NCBI GenBank assembly: GCA_965262925.1
Contig: CBDHGC010000004.1
Location: 6,577,869-6,641,868 of the forward strand
Direction of reading: 5' to 3'
Origin: Vicinamibacterales bacterium
Lineage (GTDB): Bacteria; Acidobacteriota; Vicinamibacteria; Vicinamibacterales; UBA8438
DNA length: 64,000 nt
Part shown: in pieces, positions 1-10,424 of the stretch
Layout of the letters: each line of letters starts with the position of its first letter
How positions within the stretch are numbered: position 1 is the stretch's first letter
Made by a program: the position numbers and the translations under genes
Notes under the pieces: generated by a model
Told to the model about the DNA's origin: nothing
What the model saw: the letters and a program-made list of their open reading frames with translations, nothing else
Database searches by the model: none

Positions 1-559
1 CGTGCCGCCCGGTGTACGAGAACGCGAACACGCCGAAAAAGGCGACGGTCAACCAGAAGAAATGGAGTGAAGCCTGATGCCCCGGTCGCTGGACGCGAAC
101 CGCCGCGCCGACGAGCAGGCCGAGCAGGCCGACCGCTGCAAGCACGAAGTAGGTGGGCGGCGCGACCGCGGAGGTCTTCTCCAGCAAGACGGTATGCAGA
201 CGCTCCTGGCTGAGGCGCAGGAGGGTATAGTCGAGCCGCGTCCCCGCGGCGACGTCGCTCAGCAGGCGCAACAGGTCGCCGTGGCGCTCGATCGGCTCGC
301 CCCGAACGGCCAGGAGCACGTCGCCCGCCTCGATCCCCGCCAGCGCCGCCGGCGAGTTCGGCGCTACCGTCGAGGCAACCAGACCGCCCGCGCTGTCCCT
401 CCAGAAGACACCGTCCTCCACGCCCCCGCCGCCGGCGCGTACGACCGCGTTGGCAACCGCCAGACACAGCAACGCCGCGACGACACCGACGGCCAGTAGA
501 GCCCGACCCCACTCGGCCCGATAGCGGCGAAAGCTCGCCTCTCGTTCAGCCAACGTCAT
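1..559 (-). CDS. PDZ-containing membrane sensor (probable histidine kinase), N-terminal part; runs off window start; absent from ORF track
   Basis: Manual translation from ATG at 559: MTLAERE...TM helix...EDGVFWRDSAGGLVASTVAPNSPAALAGIEAGDVLLAV (PDZ-like), later TM segment IRLHSIFFWLTVAFFGVFAFSYTG, which I recognise from acidobacterial PDZ-membrane kinases. Confidence 0.7.
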   Translation of the reverse strand, partial: MTLAEREASFRRYRAEWGRALLAVGVVAALLCLAVANAVVRAGGGGVEDGVFWRDSAGGLVASTVAPNSPAALAGIEAGDVLLAVRGEPIERHGDLLRLLSDVAAGTRLDYTLLRLSQERLHTVLLEKTSAVAPPTYFVLAAVGLLGLLVGAAVRVQRPGHQASLHFFWLTVAFFGVFAFSYTGRH

Positions 560-753
560 GACAGGCCGGAATCGATACATGCAAACCATGCGCCATACAT
601 GCCCTCACGACGCCGGCGCAAGCCCCGTATAGACGTCCGGCCCCTGTGGCATCACGATGGATGCAAGAAAATGGAGGCTGCGATCCAATACACTGGATCA
701 TGTCGACCTTGCGCCGCAGAACTCCGCTTCGCTGCGCTCTGCGGCGCAAGGTC

Positions 754-2766
754 CTAGAAGCGGACGACCAGACCGCCGACGAGTTGCCGCGGCGGATCGA
801 CGACCAGCAACTCGTCATAGACCGATGCGCCCAGGGTCTGCTCGTGGAAGAGGCTGCGCAAGGCCACCAGCAATTCCCAACTGCTTCCCTCGAACGGCGC
901 GAAGGGCAGCGTCTGAGTGACCTGTACGTCGAAACGGGCGTCGAGACCGGAGGCCGCGCCGTCGTGGACGGGACGTGAGAACCCCGTGCCCACGCGGCAC
1001 CGCGCGGCTATCCGGGTCGAGGTCTCGGGAATCTCGGCCTCCAGCGTCGCCGTCACGTCGTGGAATTGCTCCTTGCCGGTTCGGAACCACTCCGCCGTGG
1101 GCTCCGCCATGTTCCGGGCTCCCGGTGGAGTCCATTCCGAGCGCACTACGCGGTAGTCGACCGCGCCGCGCAACCGATCCTCCATCTCGTGACTGAAGGT
1201 CACTCCCCAGCCGTCCACCTCGACACGGCCGGCGGCAGTCAGGTAGTAGTGCCCACCGGACGCCGGCAAGGTTCCGAGCGGCGCATGGACACCGGGCGCG
1301 AACATCGCCATGAGCTGGCCGTCGACGGTCTGGCTGAAACGGCGCACGCCGATGACGGAGCGTTCCCCGAGGTCGTGCTCGATGCCTGCCTCGACGTGCC
1401 GGACCTGTTCCGCGTGCAGATCCTCCACACCGGAGAGCGACGAGTAGGTCCTTTCCGGCGGGAGCCATAAGCCGTCGACCGGCGGCAGGAACTGCTCTCC
1501 GCCCGGGGCGGTCACGTTCCGTGACAGGCCGGCGCGCAGCCTCGTCCCGTCGACGGGGGTCATCGTGACGCTCGCCCGCGGGCTCAGGAGTCGGCCGTCC
1601 TCCAGGTACCCGTATCGTGCGAGCTCCGCACCGTAGCCGACCTCGAGGGCGGGAGAAACGGTCCACGTGTCCACTGCATCGATCCGGCCGACCTCACGGC
1701 TGGGCACGCCCGCATCGACCAGCCGGGGGCCGTCGATACGAAGGTCGGCGGCGGCCGCGTGCGCCTGCCGACTGTACGAAATCGCAACCCGCAGGTCGTG
1801 ATCGTTGCTGGGCTCCGCGGCGTACCAGCCGGCGACCGCCCACGACGAAGTCTCGCCGGTCGTCATGTCGACGGTTCCCCGAAGCGCCCAGTCGCCAGCG
1901 CCCGACGGCGCCACGGACACGTAGGCCACCTGCCCCGGCCAAGTATCGGAAGGCCAGAAGAAGTTGGGTCCGGTCAGCGTCGCCCGTGTCAGGAACTGCA
2001 CCTCACCCGAGATCGGCAATCCCGGCAGTCCCGCCAGCGGACGCTGCAGCGCGGCGTGGCCGGCCGCCGCCCACCGCTCGGCGATGCTGCGACCTTCGTT
2101 GGAACCGGGAGCTCGCGCCCCGCCCGGTTGCACAAGAGCCCCCCCGGTCATGTGGTCCTTGAGCACGCTCCGCCGCGCGCGGCGGAGCCGCCACATCTTG
2201 GCGTCCTGCTGCAACGCGCCGGCCGCCGTCCGCGGGTCGGAATCCGATTCGTCAGGCGTCGGCGCGACGCCTGCGGCTGCATCCCCCGGCTCCCCGCGGG
2301 GCGGCACGGTCTCGTCGTCGGCAGGAATGCGCGCGAGCGGAACATTGCCGAACTGGAGTGCGCCGCCCGCGAGCTGAAGCTCCCCGCTCGACTCCGTGGA
2401 TCCGCCGAGCACCAATGGCTCCAACAGCGCTTCGCCCGGCGTTACCTGCACGAAGCGTCGGTCGCCGCCGGTCGCGTGCGTCCGAATCAGGTAGCGACCC
2501 ACCGGGAGCGCGTCGAACCGGAACCGTCCCGCGGAATCCGAAACGGCAAGTGACGAGCCTCCCGGGCCGGACAGGGAAACAAGGACGTCGCCGACGGGGG
2601 CCCCGTCCGCCGCGGTGACCACGCCGGCAAGCTCGCCCGTGGCGGCCGCGGGGCCCTCCGGCACCGGTTGCGGCGAGCCTCGCTGCTCCTCACCGACCGC
2701 ATCCGCCGGGGCCGCGGACCCGAGCAGCAGAACGACACCGGCGACGACGAGGAACATGCGGGCCAT
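754..2766 (-). CDS. TonB-dependent receptor-like outer membrane protein with N-terminal carboxypeptidase-regulatory-like domain
   Basis: Signal peptide, GELAGVVT...GRFRFDALPVGRY beta-sandwich, barrel-like strands (LSPRASVT, HVEAGIEHDL), C-terminal Phe (VVRF). Confidence 0.7.
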   Translation of the reverse strand: MARMFLVVAGVVLLLGSAAPADAVGEEQRGSPQPVPEGPAAATGELAGVVTAADGAPVGDVLVSLSGPGGSSLAVSDSAGRFRFDALPVGRYLIRTHATGGDRRFVQVTPGEALLEPLVLGGSTESSGELQLAGGALQFGNVPLARIPADDETVPPRGEPGDAAAGVAPTPDESDSDPRTAAGALQQDAKMWRLRRARRSVLKDHMTGGALVQPGGARAPGSNEGRSIAERWAAAGHAALQRPLAGLPGLPISGEVQFLTRATLTGPNFFWPSDTWPGQVAYVSVAPSGAGDWALRGTVDMTTGETSSWAVAGWYAAEPSNDHDLRVAISYSRQAHAAAADLRIDGPRLVDAGVPSREVGRIDAVDTWTVSPALEVGYGAELARYGYLEDGRLLSPRASVTMTPVDGTRLRAGLSRNVTAPGGEQFLPPVDGLWLPPERTYSSLSGVEDLHAEQVRHVEAGIEHDLGERSVIGVRRFSQTVDGQLMAMFAPGVHAPLGTLPASGGHYYLTAAGRVEVDGWGVTFSHEMEDRLRGAVDYRVVRSEWTPPGARNMAEPTAEWFRTGKEQFHDVTATLEAEIPETSTRIAARCRVGTGFSRPVHDGAASGLDARFDVQVTQTLPFAPFEGSSWELLVALRSLFHEQTLGASVYDELLVVDPPRQLVGGLVVRF

Positions 2767-2776
2767 GTGCGTTCGC

Positions 2777-2820
2777 GGCGCGACCCGTCCGCCCCCCCGG
2801 GGGGGCGGACGGGTCGCGCC
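2777..2820. repeat. Perfect 44-bp palindrome with no loop
   Basis: ggcgcgacccgtccgccccccc|gggggggcggacgggtcgcgcc; the two 22-bp arms are exact reverse complements. Confidence 0.95.
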
Positions 2821-2829
2821 CGCGCCTCC

Positions 2830-3972
2830 CTAGGTTTCCAGCACGGTGAACATCACGTTCTCGATAAGCTCCGTCGAGTTCGTGTTGTCGGTGACCTTGA
2901 TCTCCAGCCGGTAGTCCCCGGCCGGAAAGAGCGACAGCGGCACGGTCTGCCCCGCCACGATCTGGTGGCCGAGCGTCACGTCGAAGCCGGGCGGCAGCGT
3001 CTGGCCGTTGAACGCCTGCGGATTGGTCCGGTTGAAGTACTCCTCGCCTCCATCCGCCCGCTGATGAAAGGTGTACTCGATGGTGATGTCCGGCTTCGAT
3101 TGGTCGGCCAGCCCCGGGTTGTAGACGAGGAAGATCAGCGACAACTCCGCCTGCTTGCCGAAGTCCTGGTCGAACTTCGGGACTATGCGGGTGGTGCCGA
3201 GGCTGTACGGGCTGAGGATCTGTTGTTCCGGGGTGAGCGGCGCCGCCATCGGCTCGACCACCTCGGGCACGATGATCGAGCTCAACTGGAGCCGTCCGTT
3301 CCACAGGTCCGGCACGTCGACGCGAGCCCGCAGCATCATCATCGCCGCGCTCTCCTCGCTCGCGTCGAAGCTGAGGCGCGGACGGCGCTGCAGGCGATAC
3401 GCCAGATACTCCTGCTCCTGGCACGCGAAGCGACTGCCGAGGTCATTCGGAAACAGGCCGCCGCAGTACTCGTCGATCTGCGCGCGATCCCGATCGCCGG
3501 GAGGATCGCTCTCCGGGGCCAGATCGCGGGAGCTTTCCCGAAGCGCGATGTAGACGTCGTACGCGCCACCCGGAGCCGCGAACGCCCGGCTGAGGCGAAT
3601 CGGCTCGTCGCCGCCGGACGCCACGTCCGCGAAGTACGCGTCCTCGAAGATCGCGTCAGTGTCCCCCGGCTCGACGACGAACAAGTACATGGAGACCGTC
3701 GGGGTATCGACCTTGTCCGCATCTATCGACAAGGTGAACGGCACATAGGCGTTGCCGTCGGTACCTTTCAGAAAGTCCGCCCGAAACTCGAACGGATCGC
3801 CGTCCGGAACGATCCGACCATCGAGCGCGGCCTCGATGGCTTCGAGCATCGAACGCAACTCCGCTCGCTGCCAGTCCTCCAGGTCGTCCTGGGCGGCTGC
3901 GGGCGAGACGGTAAGCAGTGCGACGGCGACACACGCGGTCAGGACTCTCGTGCGCCGGACAAGGTCATGCAT
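2830..3972 (-). CDS. Secreted hypothetical protein with C-terminal Ig-like domain (Acidobacteria-type)
   Basis: Signal peptide ending AAA-Q; LQLSSII and GDYRLEIKVTD resemble the C-terminal domain of GWxTD/VWA-associated proteins. Confidence 0.75.
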   Translation of the reverse strand: MHDLVRRTRVLTACVAVALLTVSPAAAQDDLEDWQRAELRSMLEAIEAALDGRIVPDGDPFEFRADFLKGTDGNAYVPFTLSIDADKVDTPTVSMYLFVVEPGDTDAIFEDAYFADVASGGDEPIRLSRAFAAPGGAYDVYIALRESSRDLAPESDPPGDRDRAQIDEYCGGLFPNDLGSRFACQEQEYLAYRLQRRPRLSFDASEESAAMMMLRARVDVPDLWNGRLQLSSIIVPEVVEPMAAPLTPEQQILSPYSLGTTRIVPKFDQDFGKQAELSLIFLVYNPGLADQSKPDITIEYTFHQRADGGEEYFNRTNPQAFNGQTLPPGFDVTLGHQIVAGQTVPLSLFPAGDYRLEIKVTDNTNSTELIENVMFTVLET

Positions 3973-4016
3973 GGGATTTTGATCTCCTGCCGGATGAACT
4001 CAGGGTTAACCGGCCC

Positions 4017-4046
4017 ATCATATGCGACCGCCGACGCTCAAGTCAA
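4017..4046 (-). promoter_or_regulatory. Putative sigma70 promoter for 2830..3972
   Basis: Minus strand TTGACT-N18-TATGAT. Confidence 0.5.
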
Positions 4047-4062
4047 ACCGCGGGATGCGCCT

Positions 4063-5726
4063 GGGTGCACGACATAAAAGTGAGGGTTTTGCCGTACGGG
4101 GGGTATTGAGCGAGCGCTGATCGGCCGATTCCTTGGGTAGGGAGGACTCCGACCATGCCCGAGGCGCAGTTGACTGAACCGCTCGATCACGCGGCCGAAA
4201 AAGGGGGCGTCAAGGAGACGTTCGCAGCGTTGGAGGCGGCGGTCGAGGCCGACGTCGACGCGTTCCTCCGACGAGGAAGCGTGAATGCGCAGGACTTCGA
4301 GACCCTCTTGCAGACAGTTCAGCGTCGAGCGCTCGCCACGGCGACCCGGGTCGTCGAGGCGGTTGGGGCGCAGCGTTCGTAGCCGCGATCGAGGCTGAAG
4401 TCGATGCGCTCATCGGGCCGGGGAGGGCCGACGCGCAGGATTTCGAGGCCATCGAGCAGGCACTCCGTCGCCAAGCCCTCGGAATCGCCGCCTCGACGGT
4501 GGCCCGGCGACTGAACGAGGACCATTCCGACCATTCGGGTTCGACGACAGCGTGCGCCTGCGGACAGACGGCGCGCTACGCCGGCCGCCGCCCCAAGACG
4601 TTCACCTCGGTGCTGGGGCCGCTGACACTGGAACGCGCCTACTACTACTGCGACGCCTGCCGCGCAGGCATCTGTCCGCGCGACCGGGCGTTGGGCTTGC
4701 ACGCCACGTCGCTGTCGCCCGGCGTGCTGCGGATGGTGGGGCTGGCGGCGTCCGACTTCAGCTTCGCCGCGGCCAGCGGCCTGTTGTGGGAACTGGCCGC
4801 GGTGCGCGTCGAGACCAAGCAGGTCGGAGCGCGCCGCCGAAGCCCTGGGACGTGAGGTCGCCGCCGACGAACGCGATGTGGCCGAAACCGTCCCCAGCCC
4901 CGCGCCGACCATGTACCTGGGGCTGGACGGCACCGGTGTGCCGGTGCGCCCCGCCGAGGTCGAAGGCCGCCGCGGCAAGCAGCCCGACGGTTCGGCCAAG
5001 ACCCGCGAGGTCAAGCTGGCCACCATGTGGACGGCCGAAGGGCGCGACAAGGCGGGCCGGCCCGTGCGCGACCGTGGGTCGGTCAGCTACAACGCTGCGG
5101 TCGAGAGCGCGGCCAGCCGCGACACCGACCCGTTGCCGTCCGCCTTCGCCCAACGTGCCTATCGCGAGGCGCAACGGCGCGGCTTCGACACCGCGGCCCG
5201 CCGGGTCGTCATCGGCGACGGCGCCCCCTGGATCTGGCAGTTGGCCGCCGAGCAGTTTCCCGGCGCCATCGAAATCGTCGACATCTACCACGCCAACCAG
5301 CATCTGTGCGACGTGGCCAAGACCCTCTATGGCCCCCGGAACGGACTTGGCCGACCAGTGGGCCAGGGACCGGCGTGCCGAGTTGGACGCCGGCCGGCTC
5401 CGCGCCGTCGTCGCGGCGCTACGCATCCATGTCGAGACCACGCCCGAGGCGCGAAGGTGCATTCACTATGTGTTCGGGAACCGACACCGCATGCGCTATC
5501 CGCAGTTCCGCGCCAAGGGCCTGTGCATCTCTTCGGGCGTCGTCGAGGCCGGATGCAAGCAGATCGGCGCACGGCTCAAGCGCGCCGGCATGCGCTGGAC
5601 CGTCGCCGGCGCCAACGCCATCATCGCCCTCCGCTGCTGCCTGCTCAGCGGCCGCTTCGAGGACTTCTGGGAGCGACGAGCCGCAAACGCCGCCTGAGGG
5701 GCGTCTCACAATGATGTCGTGCACCC
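4063..5726 (+). mobile_element. ISKra4-family insertion sequence, 1664 bp
   Basis: TIRs GGGTGCACGACATAAAAGTGAG (4063-4084) and 5705-5726 (19/22 identical); 9-bp target duplication GATGCGCCT at 4054-4062 and 5727-5735. Confidence 0.9.
4155..5697 (+). pseudogene. ISKra4-family DDE transposase split by about four frameshifts
   Basis: Fragments CACG...RAYYYCDAC, MYLGLDGTGVP, IGDGAPWIW, VDIYHA and SGVVEAGCK...RLKRAGMRW lie in different frames. Confidence 0.85.
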
Positions 5727-5818
5727 GATGCGCCTCAAGGCATTGACATCAAAGCAGTTACGCGCCCCGTCGTCAATCGTGCGGCATGGTATCATCCCGT
5801 TTTCCCGACGCCGCCGCC

Positions 5819-7384
5819 ATGCTCGACTCCCGCCGCCCAGTCGTCGTCCTCGTCGTCCTCGACGGCTGGGGCATCAGCCCGGAGCGCCGTCACAATGCGA
5901 TCGCCCTCGGCAGCACTCCAACGTATTCCGAGCTCCTGGAACGCTTTCCGCATGCGTCGCTCGTGACGAGCGGCGAGGCGGTGGGCCTGCCGGCGGGACA
6001 GATGGGCAACTCCGAGGTCGGTCACATGAACCTCGGCGCCGGCCGCGTGATCTATCAGGACCTCTCGCGAATCGACCAGAGCATCCGGGAGGGCGAGTTC
6101 TTCGCGAACCCGCAACTCGTCGCCGCCATGAGCCGCTGCGCCGGCGACAGGCATGCCCTGCACCTCGTGGGTCTGGTTTCGCAGGGCGGCGTGCACAGCC
6201 ACCTCCGACACCTGGTGGCGCTCGTCGAGCTGGCGCGGCGCCAACGCGTGGAGCGGCTCTTCATCCACGCGCTCACCGACGGACGCGACACCGCGCCCAC
6301 CGCGGCGGCCGACGACGTGGCGGCGGTCGAGCGTACGCTGGCGGACGCGGGAGTGGGACGGATCGCGACCGTGATCGGCCGCTACTACGCGATGGACCGC
6401 GACCGGCGCTGGGATCGGACCCGTCGCGGGTACGCGGCGCTGACCGAGGGCATCGGCCGCACCGCCTCGGACGCCGCCACGCTCATCCAGGACGCCTACG
6501 TCGCGGGCACCACCGACGAGTTCATGACCCCGGGCGTAGTGGTGGACGGCGGCGGACAGCCGATCGGTTCCCTGCACGACGGTGACTCCGTGGTCTTCTT
6601 CAACTTCCGTGCGGACCGGGCACGGCAGTTGACGCAGGCCCTCGCGTTCGACGAGGCCGCGTTCGATGGGTTCGAGCGGCCGCGACGCCCGGCGCTCGCG
6701 GTCACGACGATGACCGAGTACGACGCGACGTACGGCCTGCCCATCGCCTTCGATCCGCCGTCCTTCTCGGGCAACGTGGCCGAGGTCCTGGCGGCCGCCG
6801 GCCGGACCAACCTGCGGCTGGCCGAGACGGAGAAGTACGCCCACGTCACCTACTTCTTCAACAGCGGCGAGGAACGCGCGTACGCCGGCGAGGAACGCAT
6901 CCTGATCCCGTCACCCAGGGTGCCGACGTACGACCTGCAGCCGGAGATGAGCGCGGCCGGCATCACGGACACGCTCGTCGACGACGTCGAGCACGGCCGA
7001 CACGACGTGATCGTCTGCAACTTCGCCAACGCCGACATGGTGGGGCATACCGGCAATCTGGACGCCGCGGCCCGCGCCGTCTCGACCCTCGACCGCTGCC
7101 TGGCCCGCATCGTCGGCGCGGTCACCGACGCTGGCGCCACGATGATCGTGACGGCCGATCACGGCAACGCCGAACAGATGTGGGATGCGGAACGGAAGGG
7201 ACCGCACACGGCGCACACCAGCAACCCGGTGCCGGTGCTGCTCATCGACAAGGAACTTTCCGGGGCGCGCCACGTGCTTCGGGACGGATCCTTGCGGGAC
7301 GTGGCTCCCACGCTGCTGACCATCGCGGGCGTCGGCGTACCGCGCGAGATGACCGGCCGCGACCTCCGGACCTGGACGGACTGA
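5819..7384 (+). CDS. gpmI: 2,3-bisphosphoglycerate-independent phosphoglycerate mutase
   Basis: LVVLDGWG, GQMGNSEVGH, GRYYAMDRD, AETEKYAHVTYFFN, TADHGNAE, HTAHT motifs; start may be 5786 or 5819. Confidence 0.97.
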   Translation: MLDSRRPVVVLVVLDGWGISPERRHNAIALGSTPTYSELLERFPHASLVTSGEAVGLPAGQMGNSEVGHMNLGAGRVIYQDLSRIDQSIREGEFFANPQLVAAMSRCAGDRHALHLVGLVSQGGVHSHLRHLVALVELARRQRVERLFIHALTDGRDTAPTAAADDVAAVERTLADAGVGRIATVIGRYYAMDRDRRWDRTRRGYAALTEGIGRTASDAATLIQDAYVAGTTDEFMTPGVVVDGGGQPIGSLHDGDSVVFFNFRADRARQLTQALAFDEAAFDGFERPRRPALAVTTMTEYDATYGLPIAFDPPSFSGNVAEVLAAAGRTNLRLAETEKYAHVTYFFNSGEERAYAGEERILIPSPRVPTYDLQPEMSAAGITDTLVDDVEHGRHDVIVCNFANADMVGHTGNLDAAARAVSTLDRCLARIVGAVTDAGATMIVTADHGNAEQMWDAERKGPHTAHTSNPVPVLLIDKELSGARHVLRDGSLRDVAPTLLTIAGVGVPREMTGRDLRTWTD

Positions 7385-7407
7385 CTTCCCGTGCCCGGCG
7401 CGGCCGA

Positions 7408-7719
7408 TCAACCGCCGGCCTGACCGGCCTGGTCGCTCTCGCCGGCGGCGATCCGCAGCGCGCGCAGAAACCGGCGATCTTTCGGGGTCATCCCGTTGGG
7501 CAGGTGGTCGTCCTCGTCCGCCCGGACAGGACCGGTCTCACGGGCGGCGGACGAGCCGTCGCGGCTGCCGAACCCAATCTCGGTCTCCAGCGACACGCGC
7601 ATCTCGTACCCCGCCGCGCGGGCTCTCTCGCGGCACGCCTCGACCCCAGGGTCCTGGGCCACCGCGGCGCCGATGGCCTCGGCGAGCTCGCGCGCAAGAC
7701 GGTTCACGACGTCGTTCAT
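7408..7719 (-). CDS. Small hypothetical protein (103 aa)
   Basis: GAGGAGG RBS before ATG 7719; MNDVVNRLARELAEAI...DRRFLRALRIA. Confidence 0.75.
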   Translation of the reverse strand: MNDVVNRLARELAEAIGAAVAQDPGVEACRERARAAGYEMRVSLETEIGFGSRDGSSAARETGPVRADEDDHLPNGMTPKDRRFLRALRIAAGESDQAGQAGG

Positions 7720-7880
7720 GCTGCTACCTCCTCGCCGTACGGGCCGGCCATGCGCGGGGTACCGCCGCCGAAAGCTCTCCTGAAACGGGAAACCAGCCGG
7801 ATGAGGACCACCAACGGCATGGATAGTGGAGGCGACCGTAGCGATTCTAGGCGCGGCCGGACGCCATGTCAACCAGCGAA

Positions 7881-7927
7881 CCACGGTATATGGAGGTTTT
7901 TCCTTACGAACCCACTACATCCTGTAG
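7881..7927. promoter_or_regulatory. Tandem NrdR-box-like 16-mers, 31 bp apart
   Basis: CCACGGTATATGGAGG (7881-7896) and CCACTACATCCTGTAG (7912-7927) versus consensus acaCwAtATaTwGtgt. Confidence 0.45.
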
Positions 7928-7979
7928 CCGGACGCAAACGAAGAAACCACCCCGCCCGGCACTGGTAGAATCCCCCTGA

Positions 7980-9524
7980 ATGCGTTCCCATGTCGATCGC
8001 CCGAATCCGGACGCCGGCAGGGGCCCCGAGCGGCTCGGCGCGCCCGGCAGCTTCCCGTTCACGCGGGGCATCCACCCGACGATGTACCGTGGCCGGCTCT
8101 GGACGATGCGGCAGTACGCCGGCTTCGGCACGGCGGCGGAGTCGAACCGCCGCTATCGCTACCTGCTCGCTCAGGGCGTGACCGGTCTGAGCGTAGCCTT
8201 CGACCTGCCCACGCAGATCGGTTACGACTCCGACCATCCGCTCGCGGCCGGAGAGGTGGGCCGCGTGGGCGTTGCCATCGACTCGCTCGAGGACATGTCG
8301 CGGCTCTTCGACGGCATCCCCCTCGACCGCGTGTCGACCTCGATGACGATCAACGCGACCGCCATCATCCTGCTCGCGCTGTACGTCGCCGCGGGCAAGC
8401 GCCAGGGCATCGATCCGCGCGGGCTGGCGGGCACCGTGCAGAACGACATCCTGAAGGAGTACGTGGCGCGCGGCACGTACATCTACCCGCCGCGGGCCTC
8501 GCTCCGCGTCGTCACCGACGTGGTCGCCTTCTGCGAGCAGGAGCTCCCGCGCTGGCACCCGATCTCCATCAGCGGCTACCACATCCGCGAAGCAGGATCG
8601 ACGGCGGCGCAGGAGATCGCGTTCACGTTCGCCCACGCACTCGCATACGTGCAGGCGGCAGTCGACCGCGGGCTCGACGTGGATTCGTTCGGCAGCCGTC
8701 TCTCGTTCTTCTTCAACGCGCACAACGACTTCCTCGAAGAGATCGCCAAGTTCCGCGCCGCCCGCCGGCTCTGGGCCACGCTGATGCGCGATCGCTTCGG
8801 CGCCACCGCGCCGCGCGCGCAGCAGCTCCGGTTCCACACGCAGACGGCCGGCAGCACGCTGACCGCGCAGCAGCCGGAGAACAACATCGTGCGCGTGGCC
8901 CTGCAGGCCCTGGCCGCGGTGCTCGGCGGCACGCAGTCGCTCCACTGCAACGGGCGCGACGAGGCGCTCGGGTTGCCGACCGAAGAGGCCGCGCAGATTG
9001 CGCTGCGTACGCAGCAGATCGTCGCGGCCGAGACCGGCGTGACCGATACGGTCGACCCTGTCGGGGGCGCATGGACGATCGAGGCGCTCACCGACCGTCT
9101 CGAAGCCGAGGCGCTGTCGCTGCTCGAGCGCATCGACGCGCGGGGCGGCGTGCTGGCCGCCATCGAGTCCGGCTTCATCCAGGCTGAGATCCAGGAAGCC
9201 GCCTACCGCGCGCAGCAGGCGGTCGACGCCGGTGACGCGATCGTGATCGGCGTCAACCGCTTCGCCGCCGAGGAGACGGCGCAGATCGAGACCCACCGTA
9301 TCGATCCGCAAATCGAAGCGGACCAGGCGGGGCGTGTCGCCGCGCTGCGCGCCGGCCGCGATCGGGAGGCGCAACGGACTGCCCTCGCCGCGGTCGAGCG
9401 GGCGGCGCAGGACGGGACGAACCTAGTTCCGCCGATCATCGCGGCCGTCGAGGCACTGGCGACCGTGGGAGAGATTGCGGATACGCTCCGCAGCGTCTTC
9501 GGCGAGTACCTGGCCGCCGACTAG
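7980..9524 (+). CDS. Methylmalonyl-CoA mutase, substrate-binding (large) subunit
   Basis: [15 protein letters not shown] (Tyr), [17 protein letters not shown] (Arg), [12 protein letters not shown]; no B12-binding DxHxxG domain, so the small subunit must be encoded elsewhere. Confidence 0.93.
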   Translation: MRSHVDRPNPDAGRGPERLGAPGSFPFTRGIHPTMYRGRLWTMRQYAGFGTAAESNRRYRYLLAQGVTGLSVAFDLPTQIGYDSDHPLAAGEVGRVGVAIDSLEDMSRLFDGIPLDRVSTSMTINATAIILLALYVAAGKRQGIDPRGLAGTVQNDILKEYVARGTYIYPPRASLRVVTDVVAFCEQELPRWHPISISGYHIREAGSTAAQEIAFTFAHALAYVQAAVDRGLDVDSFGSRLSFFFNAHNDFLEEIAKFRAARRLWATLMRDRFGATAPRAQQLRFHTQTAGSTLTAQQPENNIVRVALQALAAVLGGTQSLHCNGRDEALGLPTEEAAQIALRTQQIVAAETGVTDTVDPVGGAWTIEALTDRLEAEALSLLERIDARGGVLAAIESGFIQAEIQEAAYRAQQAVDAGDAIVIGVNRFAAEETAQIETHRIDPQIEADQAGRVAALRAGRDREAQRTALAAVERAAQDGTNLVPPIIAAVEALATVGEIADTLRSVFGEYLAAD

Positions 9525-9591
9525 CGGTCGGCACTACAGGCTCCCGGCTCCGGCGTGGTGAGTCGGGTATCCGCCACCCGGCGCGGGCCGC

Positions 9592-10308
9592 TCACGTGAG
9601 CGCCGCTTCGGGCGCCTCGGCCCGCGCGGTCTTCGCGTCGTCCAGCGCTATCGCCCCATCCTTGATCTGAATGACCCGGCGGGCGTGCCGGGCCACGTCC
9701 GGCTCGTGGGTGATCAGCACGATCGTATTGCCCCCGCGGTGCAGTCCTTCGAGGACTGCCATGATCTCGATGCCGGTCTTGGAGTCGAGGTTGCCCGTAG
9801 GTTCGTCCGCCAGCACGAGGGAAGGACTGTTCACCAGCGCGCGGGCAATCGCCACCCGCTGGCGTTGGCCGCCGGAGAGCTCGTTCGGCCGGTGGCTCAT
9901 CCGATCGTCGAGCTCGACCAGGCTCAGCGCCGCGGTCGCCCGCTCGCGGCGGACCGCCGCCGGCACACCCGCATAGATCAGGGGCAGCTCGACGTTGTGC
10001 AGCGCGGATGCCCGCGGCAGCAGGTTGAAGGTCTGGAAAACGAACCCGATCTCCTGGTTCCGGATGCGCGCGAGGTCGTCGTCGTTCATCCGGCTGACGT
10101 CCTTGCCGTTCAGCAGGTACTCGCCGCGCGTGGGCGTATCGAGACAGCCGATGAGGTTCATCAGCGTCGACTTGCCGGACCCGGAGGGTCCCATGATGGC
10201 GACGAACTCGCCGCGCTCGATGTCTACCGATACACCGCGCAGGGCATGGACCGACTCGGTCCCCATCCGGTAGGTCTTCCAGAGATCGCGGATGTGGATC
10301 AACGGCAT
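9592..10308 (-). CDS. ABC transporter ATP-binding protein (MacB/LolD-like)
   Basis: [38 protein letters not shown]. Confidence 0.95.
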   Translation of the reverse strand: MPLIHIRDLWKTYRMGTESVHALRGVSVDIERGEFVAIMGPSGSGKSTLMNLIGCLDTPTRGEYLLNGKDVSRMNDDDLARIRNQEIGFVFQTFNLLPRASALHNVELPLIYAGVPAAVRRERATAALSLVELDDRMSHRPNELSGGQRQRVAIARALVNSPSLVLADEPTGNLDSKTGIEIMAVLEGLHRGGNTIVLITHEPDVARHARRVIQIKDGAIALDDAKTARAEAPEAALT

Positions 10309-10424
10309 CGGTTCGGATATCCGTGTACGGCGCCCCGGCGCTCCCTGCCCGGGAGCACGCTATTGGCACTGACGCACGGCAGGGCCGTCCGGTTCCCTCG
10401 GCCGTTCGCCGCCGGCAGCCGTCG

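Noticed and set aside
77-499. Plus-strand 140-aa ORF
   Set aside because: Antisense to the PDZ membrane sensor found by manual translation
7720-7979. Cobalamin riboswitch upstream of the B12-dependent mutase
   Set aside because: No B12-box or GGGAA/GCCACTG core recognisable, and the promoter appears to abut the start codon
7980-9524. Isobutyryl-CoA or other variant mutase
   Set aside because: Specificity residues are Tyr (RQYAG) and Arg (ARGTY), which is the methylmalonyl-CoA type
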